This document shows, in pieces, positions 1 through 12,400 of a stretch of DNA of 64,000 nt. Source of the DNA: Camelus ferus (taxonomy: Eukaryota). The DNA is taken from contig NC_045697.1 in NCBI RefSeq assembly GCF_009834535.1, forward strand, positions 5,644,001-5,708,000, given 5' to 3'. Position 1 is the first letter of the stretch. Every line of letters begins with the position of its first letter. The notes beneath the pieces were generated by a model, which was not told the origin of the DNA, searched no databases, and saw only the letters and a program-made list of their open reading frames with translations. Both the position numbers and the translations under genes were made by a program.

Positions 1-187
1 AGAATCCTTCCCTAAGATTTTTTAAAAATTGGAATTTGAGAAGAGTCATTCTTTGTCCAGAGGCCTGGATTTTAACAAATAAAAAGAGCTCTTGGTGGCC
101 ATGTTCCCACTGCTGAGCTGCACTGAGAAAATTAAAGCTAAAATGCAGAGGAAAAAGGAATCAGAACTCAAGGAAGCTCTAGAGGGA

Positions 188-650
188 TTTTTTTTTAATT
201 AAAAATTTTATTTTTAATTGAAGGATAGTTTACTTACAATATTAGTTCAGGTATACAACATAGTGACTTGATATTTTTATACGTTACACACCATGCAAAG
301 TTTTTACATTATTGGCTAGACTCCTCTGTTATGCATTACATCCCCGTGACTTATTTATTTTATAACTGATAGATTGTACCTCTTAATCCCCTTCACCTAT
401 TTCACCCCTCCCCCGACCTTTCTCCCCTCTGGCAACTACTAGTTTGTTCTATGTATCTGTGAGTCTATTTCTGTTTTGCTGTATTTGTTTGTTTTGTTTT
501 TTAGATTCCACATATAAGTGAAAACATGTAGTATTTGTTTTTCTTTGTCTGACTTACTTCACTTAATATGATAATCTCTAGATCCAACCATGTTGCTGCA
601 AATGGCATTATTTCACTCCTTTTTGTGGCTGAGTAATATTCCTTATATGT
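188..650 (-). mobile_element. L1 3' end fragment (older L1MA-like 3' UTR), antisense
   Basis: T-rich tail at left, then reverse complement of an L1 3' UTR (..ttagattccacatataagtga..atccaaccatgttgctgcaaatggc..ggctgagtaatattcc). Confidence 0.85.
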
Positions 651-682
651 ATGTGTGTGTGTATATATATATATATACACAC

Positions 683-1145
683 AGTGGAATACTACTCAGC
701 CATAAAAAAGAGTGAAATAATGCCATTTGCAGCAACATGGTTGGATCTAGAGATTATCATATTAAGTGAAGTAAGTCAGACAGAGAAAGACATATCATAT
801 GGTGTCACTTATGTGTGGAATCTAAAAAAATGACACAGATGTACATATTTACAAACCAGAAGCAGATTCACAGACACAGAAAACAAACTTATGGTTACCA
901 AAGGGGAAAGAGGGGGTAGGGATAAATTAGGAGTTTGGGATTTGCAGATGCTAACAACTATATTTAAAATAGATAAACAACAAGGTCCTACTGTTAGCAC
1001 AGGGAACTATATACAGTAGCTTGTAATAACCGATAATGAAAAAGAATATATATCTATATATCTATATCTGTGTCTGAATCACTATGCTGTGCACCAGAAA
1101 CTAACATAACATTGTGAATCAACTATATACTTCAATCAAAATAAA
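683..1145 (+). mobile_element. L1 3' end (artiodactyl/camelid-type 3' UTR), 5'-truncated
   Basis: ggaatactactcagccataaaaaag..tgccatttgcagcaacatgg (L1 ORF2 C-terminus EYYSAIKK..PFAATW), then a 3' UTR similar to the L1 at 26.1-26.3 kb, ending cttcaatcaaaataaa. Confidence 0.9.
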
Positions 1146-1447
1146 TTTGTGGGATGCAGCAAAAGTAGTTCTAAGAGAGAACTTGATAACAATACAGGCC
1201 TACTTCAGGAAACAAGAAAAGTCTCGAATAAACCACCTAACTTGACTCCTAAAGGAACTAGAAAAAGAAGAACAAAGCAAGTGTCAAGTCAGTAGAAGAA
1301 AGGAAGTAATAAAGTTCAGAGTGGCAATAAATGAAACAGAGACCAAAACAGACAAACAAACAATAGAAAAAGATCAGTGAAACTATGAGCCGCTTTTTTG
1401 AAAAGATAAATCAAAGTGATAAACCTTTAGCTAAACTCACAGGAGAG
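1146..1447 (+). mobile_element. L1 ORF2 internal fragment (just after the endonuclease domain)
   Basis: tgggatgcagcaaaagtagttctaagag..aaaggaactagaaaaagaagaaca..gataaacctttagcta, degenerate WDAAK.VLR..KELEKEEQ..DKPLA. Confidence 0.85.
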
Positions 1448-1518
1448 TTTTAAATACCCACTTCCAATTGTTTCAGAGGTCCAGCTGAATCTTGGCCCTT
1501 CCATGTTTGACATTAAAC

Positions 1519-1749
1519 CAGTGGGTTTCAGCCGGGAGCAGTTTTGCCTCCAGGGGATATTTGGTGATGTCTGGAGACGTTGTTTGGTCTTCACTGCTAG
1601 GGCGCTGCTACCGGCATCTAGAGGGCAGAGGCCAGGGAAGCTGCTAAACCTCCTACTCTGTGCAGGGCAGCTCTGGCTCCCAAAGTAATTCCCCACAGCA
1701 AAGAGTTACCTGACTCAAAACGTCAGTAGGGCTTAGGTTGCTAACACTG
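1519..1749 (+). mobile_element. MER20 (hAT-Charlie) DNA transposon
   Basis: CAGTG..CACTG termini; internal ttttgcctccaggggatatttggtgatgtctggagac and ggcatctagagggcagaggccaggga.gctgctaaac match the MER20 consensus as recalled. Confidence 0.85.
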
Positions 1750-2678
1750 AATTTTAACCCCTTTCAAATACGTTGGATGATCTTAGTGTCCATTCAATAC
1801 CCTCCCCACCCTTTTTTTTGAGCACTAGTTAGATAGTTTCTGTTCAAGAGAACCTTAACTAATCTAGGTGTATACATGAGCTAGTTGTGTTTGGTTATTG
1901 GTACGCATTTCAGTCCCAGATTTAAGATTTTTCGGTACATAGCTGATGTAATGTACGGATATCCTGTCACTCAGGTTTAAAGGCACCTGCCACACGGGTT
2001 CAAGTGGACACTTATAGCCTGTCTTGGGTACCTAGGCAACATATGTTCTAATCTTGAAAACTTTTGAAGTAAAACCTATTCATAAATTGCTACTAGGATT
2101 GCATCAAAATTATGCTGTCCTCCCTAAGAGTTCTTTCAAGATTTACATTCAGCTCATACATAAGAGATGAAATACCATTTTTAGGAATAACTATGTAGAA
2201 CAAAACACTGTCTTATAATGGCTTTGACCAAGCATTGCTGGCACAAGGAACTGCCAGCATCTGTGTTAACATGGGCTGGGCGAACAGAATTCCTATCTGA
2301 AACCATCAGAAAGCACGGTTCCTCTGATTCATCCTCAGATTCATACACATGAGTTTCTCAATGAAAAATTGATAGAAAAGAATGTTAGTGATGACAATGA
2401 GAATTTGAGATGTTGAGCGTGGTCCTGCAGTTAATCTCCTAGATTAAGAATCAGATTTAATATTTCCTACATTTTACATTAAATCTTTTTTTTTTTTTTT
2501 TTTTTGGTAACTTTCTTTGCCTAATGTTTTTTAAAAACCATGACTGGGAATTCTCTCTCAGTTTCATTCCCACTGGCCTCCACCATTGTTGTGGTTAAAT
2601 TACAGTTGAACTACGGAGCATTTTGTGAGGCTGAGTTTCTTTCTCTCTCCCTCCCTCCTTCCTTCCCTCCCCCCTCCT

Positions 2679-2681
<3 letters not shown>

Positions 2682-2726
<45 letters not shown>
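2682..2726. repeat. (TC)n microsatellite within a longer polypyrimidine-rich tract (~2636-2759)
   Basis: Directly visible; gives rise to the SLSLSL and ERERER ORFs. Confidence 0.97.
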
Positions 2727-2729
<3 letters not shown>

Positions 2730-2809
2730 CCTCCGTCCCTCCCCACCACCACTCTCCTTGGCACACAGTTGACACATTGGCACTCATTGTATGTTTGTTC
2801 AAAGAATGA

Positions 2810-3290
2810 TGAATAGTGATCTTATCCAGTCCCACAGCTCTGTTTGAATTCCAGTAACTCCTAATTCCTATTTGCAGCTCAGACTTCTCTTTCAAACTCT
2901 CCACCGGCCTACCTACCTGACCTCTATGCTCGGAGGTTCTGTAGAAACTTGGTCTCCTTGCTGTTTATCACACATGCTAGGTCTGCTCCTGTCTTAGGGC
3001 CTTTGTGCTTGTTCCCTACTTGGAATGCTTTCCCCAGATACTGTCAAGATAACTCTTACCTCACCTCCTTCAAACATATCCTTTTATGTCATCTTCTCAG
3101 TGAGGCCATCCTGACCATTCTATTTAAAATTATAATTCACCTCCTCCCCACATTCTACCTAGATTTCCCCTCCCTTACTCTGCTTTTCCTTTTTTTCCCG
3201 TAACACTTATCACCATCTAATCATACTTTATTAACAGACTTACTGTTTATTATTATACATATTATTTTTAACATTTGTTATATTTATTAT
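2810..3290 (+). mobile_element. L2 LINE fragment
   Basis: cttagggcctttgtgcttgttccctacttggaatgctttcccc..ctcacctccttca..ttctcagtgaggccatccctgacca is typical of the L2 3' region. Confidence 0.7.
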
Positions 3291-4109
3291 TTGTCAAGAA
3301 TCCGGCTAGTTGTAAGCAGAGCCAGGATCATTCAAAGTGGGGTCTTTTGACTCCCAAGTTTAATTTAGTTTTTGTTACAAACCATCTCCTTCTTACTGAT
3401 TTTAGTATTTGGGGGTCTGTTACCTCTCGTCTCCAGAAGTGTTGGGCTTAGTCTTTGCTACAAAATAATAAATTTCATCTGTATAATTAAATAATTAAAA
3501 TGATGTTTCTTTCTGTTTCTGAGTGCAATACCAAACCCCCCCTGGCTTTTCACCAGATTTGGAGGTTCTATTTGGAATGATCTAAAGTGAGACGTAGGCC
3601 ACATAGCACAGATGAGAGACAAGAAGGGGCAATCGAGAGACAGCCTGTTTTCTTCCAGAGCTGCTAAAGTGGGGAGTGGAGAGGCCCACATGACGATCTG
3701 TTAAGACACTGTGACCAGACAAAATACAAAAACAATGACCGTGGTTTGGGAGATGAGCCCCAAGCTGAAGTCCTAGAAGTAGGTGCTTTTCACCTGGGCA
3801 TTTCTGCATCTTTTGCTCTAGAGGAAGTGTGAGCCGTGATCCATTTATTTAATGAGAAGTCATAATTCTCCTGGGCCGTCACAGGAGACCAGCCAGTATT
3901 TAAATTAAAAAACACCCTAGATTTGGACTTAAAATACCTTTTACATCTCTATTAGGATGGCCAAAGTCATTTGTTCAGTGGTCAGCTGTCTGGCACAGTG
4001 GCTGGTGGGTGACACATGCACAGGAAGTGTGACACGCATACTTTCCAGGCTGGTGCGTAAGGTGCTAGGAGAGCCAGGGTGTATCTTTCTAGTTAGTACC
4101 TTTTTTTCC

Positions 4110-5705
4110 CCTTAATTTTAATATTATTTTAAAATTAACATATAGTAAAATTAACTTTTCTTTTGCCAGTTCTATGAATTTTAATATATGTATACATACA
4201 TGTGTTATATGTATATACACCAATGTATATTATATTTATGCCAAAAGAGAATTTATACATGTATACACACATATATAAGTGTATATATAATAAATATATA
4301 CATATATGCATTCTCTTTTGGTATAACCATTTCACAATCAGGATACAGAACAGTTTCATCACCTGCAAAATCTCCCTCATGTATCCCTCTGTAGCCATCC
4401 CCCTCACGCATGTACGTGCACGCACACACACACACACACACAGACTGGCTCTTCCTTGCTATAGTTTTGTTTTTTGGAGAATTTTATGTAAATGAAATCA
4501 TGTAATATGTAATCCTTTGGAATTGACTTCTTTTAGTCAGTATAATGCCTGTGAGATTCATATAAGATGTATGTTTATCAAAGTTCCTTCCTTCTTTATT
4601 GCTGAGTAGTATTTTATTATATGGAGGTACCTTGGTTATCTGTCACTTGTTGAAGGACATTTGGGTTGTTTCCAGTTTGTGGCAATTATGAATAGAGCTG
4701 CTATAAATATTTGTGTACAGGTTTTTGTGTGAGCATAAATTTTCGTTTCTCTAGGGCAGCCAGGAGTGGGATTGCTAGGTCGTATGGTAACTGTGTGTTT
4801 CATGTTCTAAAAGACTGCCTCTGTGGAAATGTTCTTAGCAGCCTTATTCATAATGATCAAAAGGTGAAAGTAATCCAGTTGTCCATCAGCTTGATGAATG
4901 GGTAAATAAAATGTGATATATCCATACAATGGATATTATTTGGCAATGAAAAGAAATGAAGTGCTGATACTGCAACACGGATAAACCTTGAAAACATGCC
5001 AAATGAAAGAAGCCAGTCACAAAGGGCCACATATTCTATGATTCCACTAATGTGAAATATCCAGGAGAGACAAATCCATAGAGACAGAAAGTAGATTGGT
5101 TGCCTAGGGCTGGGAGAGTTGGGGAGATATGGGGACTGACTGCTAATGGGTATGGGATCTTGGGGTGAGGAACATATTCCAAGACTGACTGAAATGCTGA
5201 TTTCACGGCTTGTGGATATACTCGAAATCACTGAATTGCACACTTTAAATGGTGAGTTGTATGCTATATGAATTATATCTCAATAAGGCTGTTACTAAAA
5301 ATGACAACAACAACAACAAAAAAGCCACTAACTTGCTTTCCATCGTGGCTGTGCATTTTATATTCTCACCAGCAATGTACGAGAGGTCTAGGTGCTCTGT
5401 GTCCTCACCAGCACTTGGTATTGTCAGTATGTTTTATTTTAGCTATTTTAATAGGTATGAAGTGATATTTCATTGTGAACTTGCATTTCTGTAACGGCTA
5501 ATAATGTGGGACATCTTTCACGTGCCTGTTTGCGTTCTTTAGTGATGAGTCAGTACAAGTCTTCTGCCCATTTTAAATTGAGTTGTTTTCTTAGTATTAA
5601 GTTTGAGAATTCTTTAAGTGTTCTAAATACAAGTCCTTTGTCAGATATGTGATTTCCAAGTACTTTCTCTTAATCTCCCAATTTGCTTGTCTTTTCACTC
5701 TCTTA
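4110..5705. mobile_element. Nested old L1: antisense L1M (about 4110-4815 and 5325-5705) interrupted by a sense L1MB-like 3' end (about 4820-5320)
   Basis: Antisense motifs ggacatttgggttgtttccagttt and gggattgctaggtcgtatggtaac resume after a sense block (aaccttgaaaacatgc..gaaagaagccagtcacaaagg..gaattatatctcaataa). Includes TA-rich and (CA)n tracts at 4185-4442. Confidence 0.8.
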
Positions 5706-6381
5706 AAGTAAATATTTCTTGATGGGTTACAAATTCTCAGGGTTTCATTGTCTGTTTACTCCTGTACCCTCAGTGCCTAATACAGTGTCTGGTATAAAAC
5801 AGATATTCAGTTATTACTTGTTGGATGATTGAGTGAGTTCCCCCTTCTTACTGATTAGCAACAGGTTTTTTTTTTTTTTTTCCTGAGAGATAATATATTA
5901 AAAGTAAACCTGATTAGGTCACTTCCCTGATTAAAATATTTCCTTCCAATAACTTCTTAAGAGAAAAAAATAAATAAATAAAACTCTTAATACAGATTGT
6001 AAAGCATGGCATCCAGTTTGTCTCCTCGAACATTTCCTGTTCTCTGCCTCATAGCCTTTATCCATGCTGTTCCCTCTGTCTGAAACATTTTTTGTCCCAT
6101 GCTCTTTGCCAGGCTAATTTATTTCTTCGTTCAAGAGTCTCCTTTACTCATTCATTCCAGACCCTGGAAATGTAAGAGTGAGTAAGACAGACGCACTTCC
6201 CTATCCTCCTGAGGCTTAACCTTTTGTGGCAGAAGTCCTCTCTGCCCCTCGTCCCAGGCTAGGCTGAGCGCCTCTGTTTTATGCTCTTATAGTATCCCTC
6301 TGTTTTTAACTTCACAGGACTTTGTTTAATTGTTTATAATTATGTACGTTCAGTGTTTTTAACCCTACCGGACTGTAAACC

Positions 6382-6830
6382 AGTGACCTTTAAATATTTT
6401 TGTTTATTTGTCCCTTAAAAGAATTTTGAAAAAACTAGGTAACCTGTTACATATATTTCAAGCTGACGTCTATAATTTTTCGTTATAAGTTTAAATAGCT
6501 GCAAAGGATGTAATTTCCAGTATACTATAAAAGTTGACATTTTAAAGTTAAACTTTTAATCGCTCTTTTAAATATAGCCCATGGAATCTAAATACTATAT
6601 TTGATACTCACCATCATTTGTTGAAAAAAATCCCGAAAAAGTTGCTTTTGTAGTCATAAATTTTATAGTCTTTCTTTTTCTGTATCAACTCCGTTTTACT
6701 TGCCCTGCATAATATTATCCTATCTCTGGTTATTATTGAAAATCTTTTATTGCTCGTTTTCTCATACTTTTATGCAACAAAAAGTAGGTATGCAAGTTGA
6801 AATTTAATTTTTAAAATACTTTCAGTGATG
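6382..6830. mobile_element. Probable ancient hAT-type DNA transposon remnant (family not assigned)
   Basis: Starts CAGTG; AT-rich body with gcaaaggatgtaatttcc that resembles old MER/Charlie elements. Recognition from memory only. Confidence 0.4.
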
Positions 6831-7451
6831 ACCAAAAGGCTGTTAATTGCCCTCTGTTGAATTATTTTTGAATTATTCTGGGTTGAGTTACCTTTGCAGT
6901 TCTTATCAGTGTACATGGATCACAATTTTAAAATATGTTATTTTATTTGAAAAGCCTCTTAAAGAAGTATTTTTTTTTAAGCTAGATCATGTGCAGGTGG
7001 ATGAATGCCACTTTTTTCTAGAATATGACAGCGCTCAGTATCAACTACATTCTAATTAGTTTTGATTTCTTTAGACATTAGAGCTGAGAAACCTTGGAAA
7101 CCTTGTTTACATACATAAGAGGACAAGAATGGAAGGAGTTTTGTTATAGCACGGCCTCTCCACTCTTCTTTGAACTTCCTCTGAGTACATGCCAAAACTA
7201 TTATCAAAAATTTTTTAAATGATCTGTCAGAAGACAATTCGGTTAGATCTTCCGTTCATTTTGTTGAGTGGAAAAAATTGGAAACTCCTTCGTCTTGTGG
7301 AAGGGTTTGTTGTCTAGTCATTAGAGTCTTTCCAAGGTTTCTGAGTGTCCGTTTGTTAGAGGTTTTCATGTCCAGGACAGTGCACCATAGGAGGATGCAG
7401 GTCTGGTGAGAGCTATGTCTTTCTTTTTTTTTTTTTTCAAGTAGCACCACA

Positions 7452-7830
7452 TACCATAAAATACTTAATACTCACTTTACAAAATATGTGCAAGATTTGT
7501 GTGATGAAAATAATAAAACACTGATGAAAGAAACTACAGAAGACCTAAATAAATGGGGAGATGTACCATATTTGTGATTGGAAGACTCGGTATTGTTCAG
7601 ACATCCGTTTGTCCCAGACTGATCTATAGAGACAGTGCAATCCCAGTCATGCCCTTCTTTTCTGGAGTGGTAGAGGGAGCTTGCGAAGGGCTGGTGGGAA
7701 GGCAGAGGCAGCGGGATATCACAACAGTTTCTCAGGCAGATCCGCTTCAGAAAAAAGTACACATAGATGTTGAGGATCTGGAAATCTACTTCCTTAAAAT
7801 TGTGTATGCGAGGTACACTACAGCAGGTCA
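7452..7830 (+). mobile_element. Old L1 (L1ME/L1M-like) ORF2 fragment
   Basis: aaaacactgatgaaagaaa..gaagacctaaataaatgg.gagat..gattggaagactc..gtgcaatcccagtca. Confidence 0.75.
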
Positions 7831-9269
7831 TCCTGTGCTTCCAGACACCTGTCCCTCCTTGTGTGGACTCCTGCTTCAGGACACGTGAGGGCAAAGAGCT
7901 GTGGTGTGGTTTTGTGTTTTGTTTTGTTTCGTTTTGTTTTGTTTTCCCAGCCACAATTTCCTCAACCCAAGACATCTAGTAAGAATTCACAACATAAATT
8001 TTTTCACTAATCTAGGAAAAAAACTTTTATGTAAAATTTTTTTGTAAAATTTGACTCAAAATCTATTAACCTTTTCAGTTTTCTTTGAAAAGATATAAAA
8101 GGGGAAATGTTTTTGTTCCTGAGTAGTGTTGTACGCTATGAAGTTCATTTTTAATTTTCAAGAATAAAATGTTCTTCTACAAGTAGAGTTTTTGACTCAG
8201 TAGCTGTCTTGCTAACTTAATAATAATGCCACTTTCTCTAAATCCTTTTTCTCTGTTTTCCCAATTACATTGTTTTAGGTAACTCATACTGTTTTTTCAA
8301 GTAACAAGGCTCTGCTTGAATTCTCCACTGAAATAGTTTTTTGGTATTTTTTATCCTAATGTACTTTTCAAAGATTAAAAAATTAGTTGTCATTTGTTCC
8401 CTTTTTGCTTACAGTGGTTTTGAGGTATCTGATGGGTACTTTTCGGCATATCACACCTATAGGTCTGTGTGCATGCATCAGGTCAACAGGTTATATGGCT
8501 GTTGAGAAATATGCACTGCAGATTGGCAGCTTCAACTTTCTGTTAATGTGCAGATTCTTAATGCTTAGTATCCTGGAGGTTTCTGTTTTTCTGCAGAAAA
8601 TCTAACACAGATTTTCAATTGCCTCTTAAAGTGCTATACTTCTCCAGGAAACTTTATCTTTGATATAGCATCTGGTTTTCTGTGAAGTCATAATTTTGAA
8701 TCAGAATTTCCAGCTGTTGCATCTAGTTTTATGGAGCCTGAATTGAAAATCAAAAACTAGGTTATGTATTTAAATACCAGAAGTGAATGTTATCTTTCTT
8801 TTTATAAAACAGTATGGCAATTGTATTTAAGTATTTCCAATTTGCAGAGTTACTGTTCATGATTTGCTCTAAGGGAAACAAGATTGAGAAACAGGGGAGG
8901 AGCTTTAAGTTACGTTTTATTCTTCTGTCAGTGTCTTGTGAACCTACACACATGGTGTCTGCACGAGGACAGATAAGAATTGTAGAATGTCCGAGCTCAC
9001 AAGAGCCTTACAGTTCATTTAGCCTGACTCTCCTCATTTTCTAGATGAGGAAACTAAAGTCTTATTTTGCCCTGTATATAGAAAATGATCACTAACTTGA
9101 GGCAGAAGGAATTGGATTTAGTGGTATTAGGATAATTGTGATGTTTACTGTTTTAAAAAGCAGTCACTCTGAGCAGGCAGATAAAAAGGGAGGGGAGTCT
9201 GGGCAGCACTGCACATGGACAGCTGCCGTTTGCTGGGACTGGGGTGCCGTACGATGCAAATAGGTCCTT

Positions 9270-9810
9270 TCCTGTCTGGGGAACCGTTTGGCAATGTATG
9301 TCAAGATTTTAAAATGTTTGTAACTTTTTAGCATGTAATTCCTCTTTTAAGACTTTATCTTAAGGAATTACAAAATCAGGTAAAAATTTAGTATACAAAA
9401 ATACTCCAGTATGTTTTAGCAAAAAGATGTTCATTACAGCATAATTTATCCTTGTAGAAAATCAGAAGAAACAACTTAGTTGTCCAACAGTAGAGAAATA
9501 GTCAAATTATGGTAAATTTAAGCAATGAAATGTACAGCCATTGAAGCAGTTTTTAGAAGGGTTTTTCATTATATGAGACGTGCTTATTATGGTGTCAATT
9601 AAGATAAGTAGAATATAGAATTGTGCATGTAATATGGTTTCAGTTACATAAAGGATATATATGCATAAAATGGATAGTCCATCAGAGTGCTAAATGAGTT
9701 TATTTCTAGGTGATGATATTGTGAGTTTATATCTTCTTCTTTATATTTTGCTTATTTCACAAACTCTACATGATTAGCAGAAAGTAAGTTTATAAAAAAG
9801 AAATTTAAAA
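9270..9810 (+). mobile_element. Old L1ME-like 3' region
   Basis: tttggcaatgtatgtcaaga..taattcctctttta..gatgttcattacagca..tgtccaacagtag. Confidence 0.65.
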
Positions 9811-12159
9811 TGTAGTTGAAGAGGCAGTTTTTTCCCTGATACCGAGTAGATGAAAATCCACTTTAAAATTCCGCTGAGGAAAGGATCACTGATACATAGG
9901 CTCTGATGCTGGAGATCTGTTAAGGCACACTCCACTGCCCACTGTCACCCCCACAGCTGGGCTAGTGACCCAGCTGGACCGAGGGCAGGGGTGAAATAGA
10001 TGAGTCACTGCTGTTTTAATCAGCAGACGTTCTATATGGAAAAAACTAAATTTGAAAAGCCATTTCCCCCTATCGAACGAACATTCCTTTATTCTTTCAT
10101 TTAGCAGACATGTCTGAGTGCCACTAAGTTAGTTCTTCTGACTTGAGGTAACGTTCCTCTACTAGTGACTCTTTGCCCAGGGATTGTTGAAATTTTCATA
10201 AATCTTCTTGCCAGAGGATTCTGGTATACAGGTAACTTGACACAGTTTCTGTTCTCACCTGGTTCAGGTTTAATAATTAAATTGGGTTAGCTATTAAATA
10301 ATGAATGTTTATGCAGAAGCCAGTCAGTGTATTACCTGTGAACCTGAAAATCCAGCTTTAATCAGTGCAGGGCGCGATGGGGTCCATCGCGGTTGCTCTC
10401 TGTAGCACAGCCCGGTCTGCAGTGCGGCATGGGCAAGAAGCTGGGCAACTTAAACGCTGTTTTTCTAAAAGGTAAGCTTTTCCAGAGCATGGTGTGGTTT
10501 TCTTTGCTTTCAAAATTCTTTGAAAAAAATCTATGAATATTTTGAAGTCCTCAGTTCTACTTTATAATTTAAAATTAATAACTTCTTACTACTGTAATTT
10601 CATACGTTTTATATTACCCCCTAGGAAAAAAACATATTTACTTACTTCAAATTTCTTATATTGATTTCAGTTGGTCCCATTCCACATTACAATTATGGCT
10701 TTCCAGTCCACAAGGTATGGCTTAGAGTTGTGTTTCAAATTTGAAATGGGTTGTGCATTAATAAAGCTACTGTTTTTAATTTAAAAGAAAAGATCTTTTA
10801 AGGAAAGTTTGTTAGGCACTGGGATAAATTTTTGAAATGTTTGTTTTATGTAAGTCCATGGTAGCCTCAAACTGTTAGTCCCCTGCTAAGAAGTGGCACC
10901 TTTTTTCTTCGTTTGCCTCTTTGGCCTGGTTGTGTATTTTGCCTTGTGCGCTATAGCCTAAGAATTCTAGTGCTGGAATATGCTGCCTCCGTGAGCTTTC
11001 TGTCTTTCAAAAATCATCTGAAGCCCTGTGATGAATGTCTTATTCTTAAAGGCCTTCAGAGGACATCCCACTGTCTTCCCAGTGCTTAGCATTTCTCATT
11101 GGCCGCATCTTTTTCTGTTTATTTCATCTGAAATGAAGCCTAGATCTTTGTCTTAACACTGAAGCTGTTTTACTATTTGCCCACTATTATACTCCCTAAA
11201 TGTCCTGACTGCCTAGATGTTACCTGATTGTTTTGTCTGAACAGTAGTGTTATGTACCAGAGAACTGGTATCAAAGAACTGTGTTTCTTGGAAAGATTAT
11301 GAAGTCTTTGATTTTTGGATTAGGCCAATGATATGTATAGTCCAAACACTTGTCCTTACTTTTATCTAAGCAATTCAGTATATATCTGTGAAATAGCAGG
11401 ACTATGTGCCATCATCACACTGAGGAGTGAAGATAGAAAAACAAAAACAAAAACAAAAGAAAACACCAAAATGGGTGAGATTAAATATTTCAAAGCACAG
11501 CAAGTTTAGTAGGGAGACCTTTCTCACATACTGGCAGTAATAGTATCGTTATTTGGGGTTTACGGTTGTTACTAGGTTCATTATCCAGAATTATTTTGCA
11601 AAGAAGTATAAAAGTCACTTCAAATCTACTTACTTTTTACCTTTTTTTTCTGGGAATGTTTCCCTCCAGAGAAAAATTGTTCTAAAAAGAAAAAAAACAT
11701 TTCCAAATTTAGGGAAGACATATATAAATGAGTTGTAAATTTATATAGTGAAAACAATTTGCATTGAGGTTCTGTGGAACAAGAATTCTTCTGTGGAAAA
11801 GAGTAAGTTTGATTTTCATGGTTAATATTGTTAATCAAAGTTTTATGTAATTTTTTTTTAATAAGTAGAAAAATACATATGTTCATTTACACTAATTAGT
11901 AATCATACCTCTGGTTGACACATACCACATACCTTCAGATAGAAACATCTAGGAATACATTATCCCTGGCCGTAGTGTATCGTCTCCTTATATTCCTGTG
12001 TCTTGGAAGACAAAGTTAATCTTTGTTTAACTCAGTAGGCACAATACAAATTTCATTCTAGGTATAATAGTTGTATCTCAGGAAGATATGACAAGGTGAC
12101 TCCGAGGACCAGTGAACACATTTTTTATTGGTAGGTCTTATAAATTCTCACACAGTAGG

Positions 12160-12400
12160 CAGTACAGACATCAGTTAAGAGCAAAGATTATAGAGCTACA
12201 TTAATTGGGTTTCACCCGGGTTATGCTGTGCATGAGCTGAGTGACACTGGGCACAGCAGTTAACCTTTCTGCGCCTCAGTGTCCTCGTGTGTCAAATAGG
12301 GATAGTAATACTCTCCACCTCGTAGGCTGTTGAGGAAAATTCAGTGAATACTTGTGGGTCAGGGTGAAGCTGTGCCTGGTGCGGGGTTGTAGGGGTGCTG
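12160..12400 (+). mobile_element. MIR SINE
   Basis: Core gagctgagtgacactgggca..ttaacctttctgcgcctcagtgtcctcgtgtgtcaaatagggatagtaata. Confidence 0.8.

Noticed and set aside
2540..2904. SLSLSL / ERERER ORFs
   Set aside because: Translation of a (TC)n microsatellite.
8587..8600. 14-bp palindrome TTTTCTGCAGAAAA
   Set aside because: Palindromes of this length are expected by chance in 64 kb.
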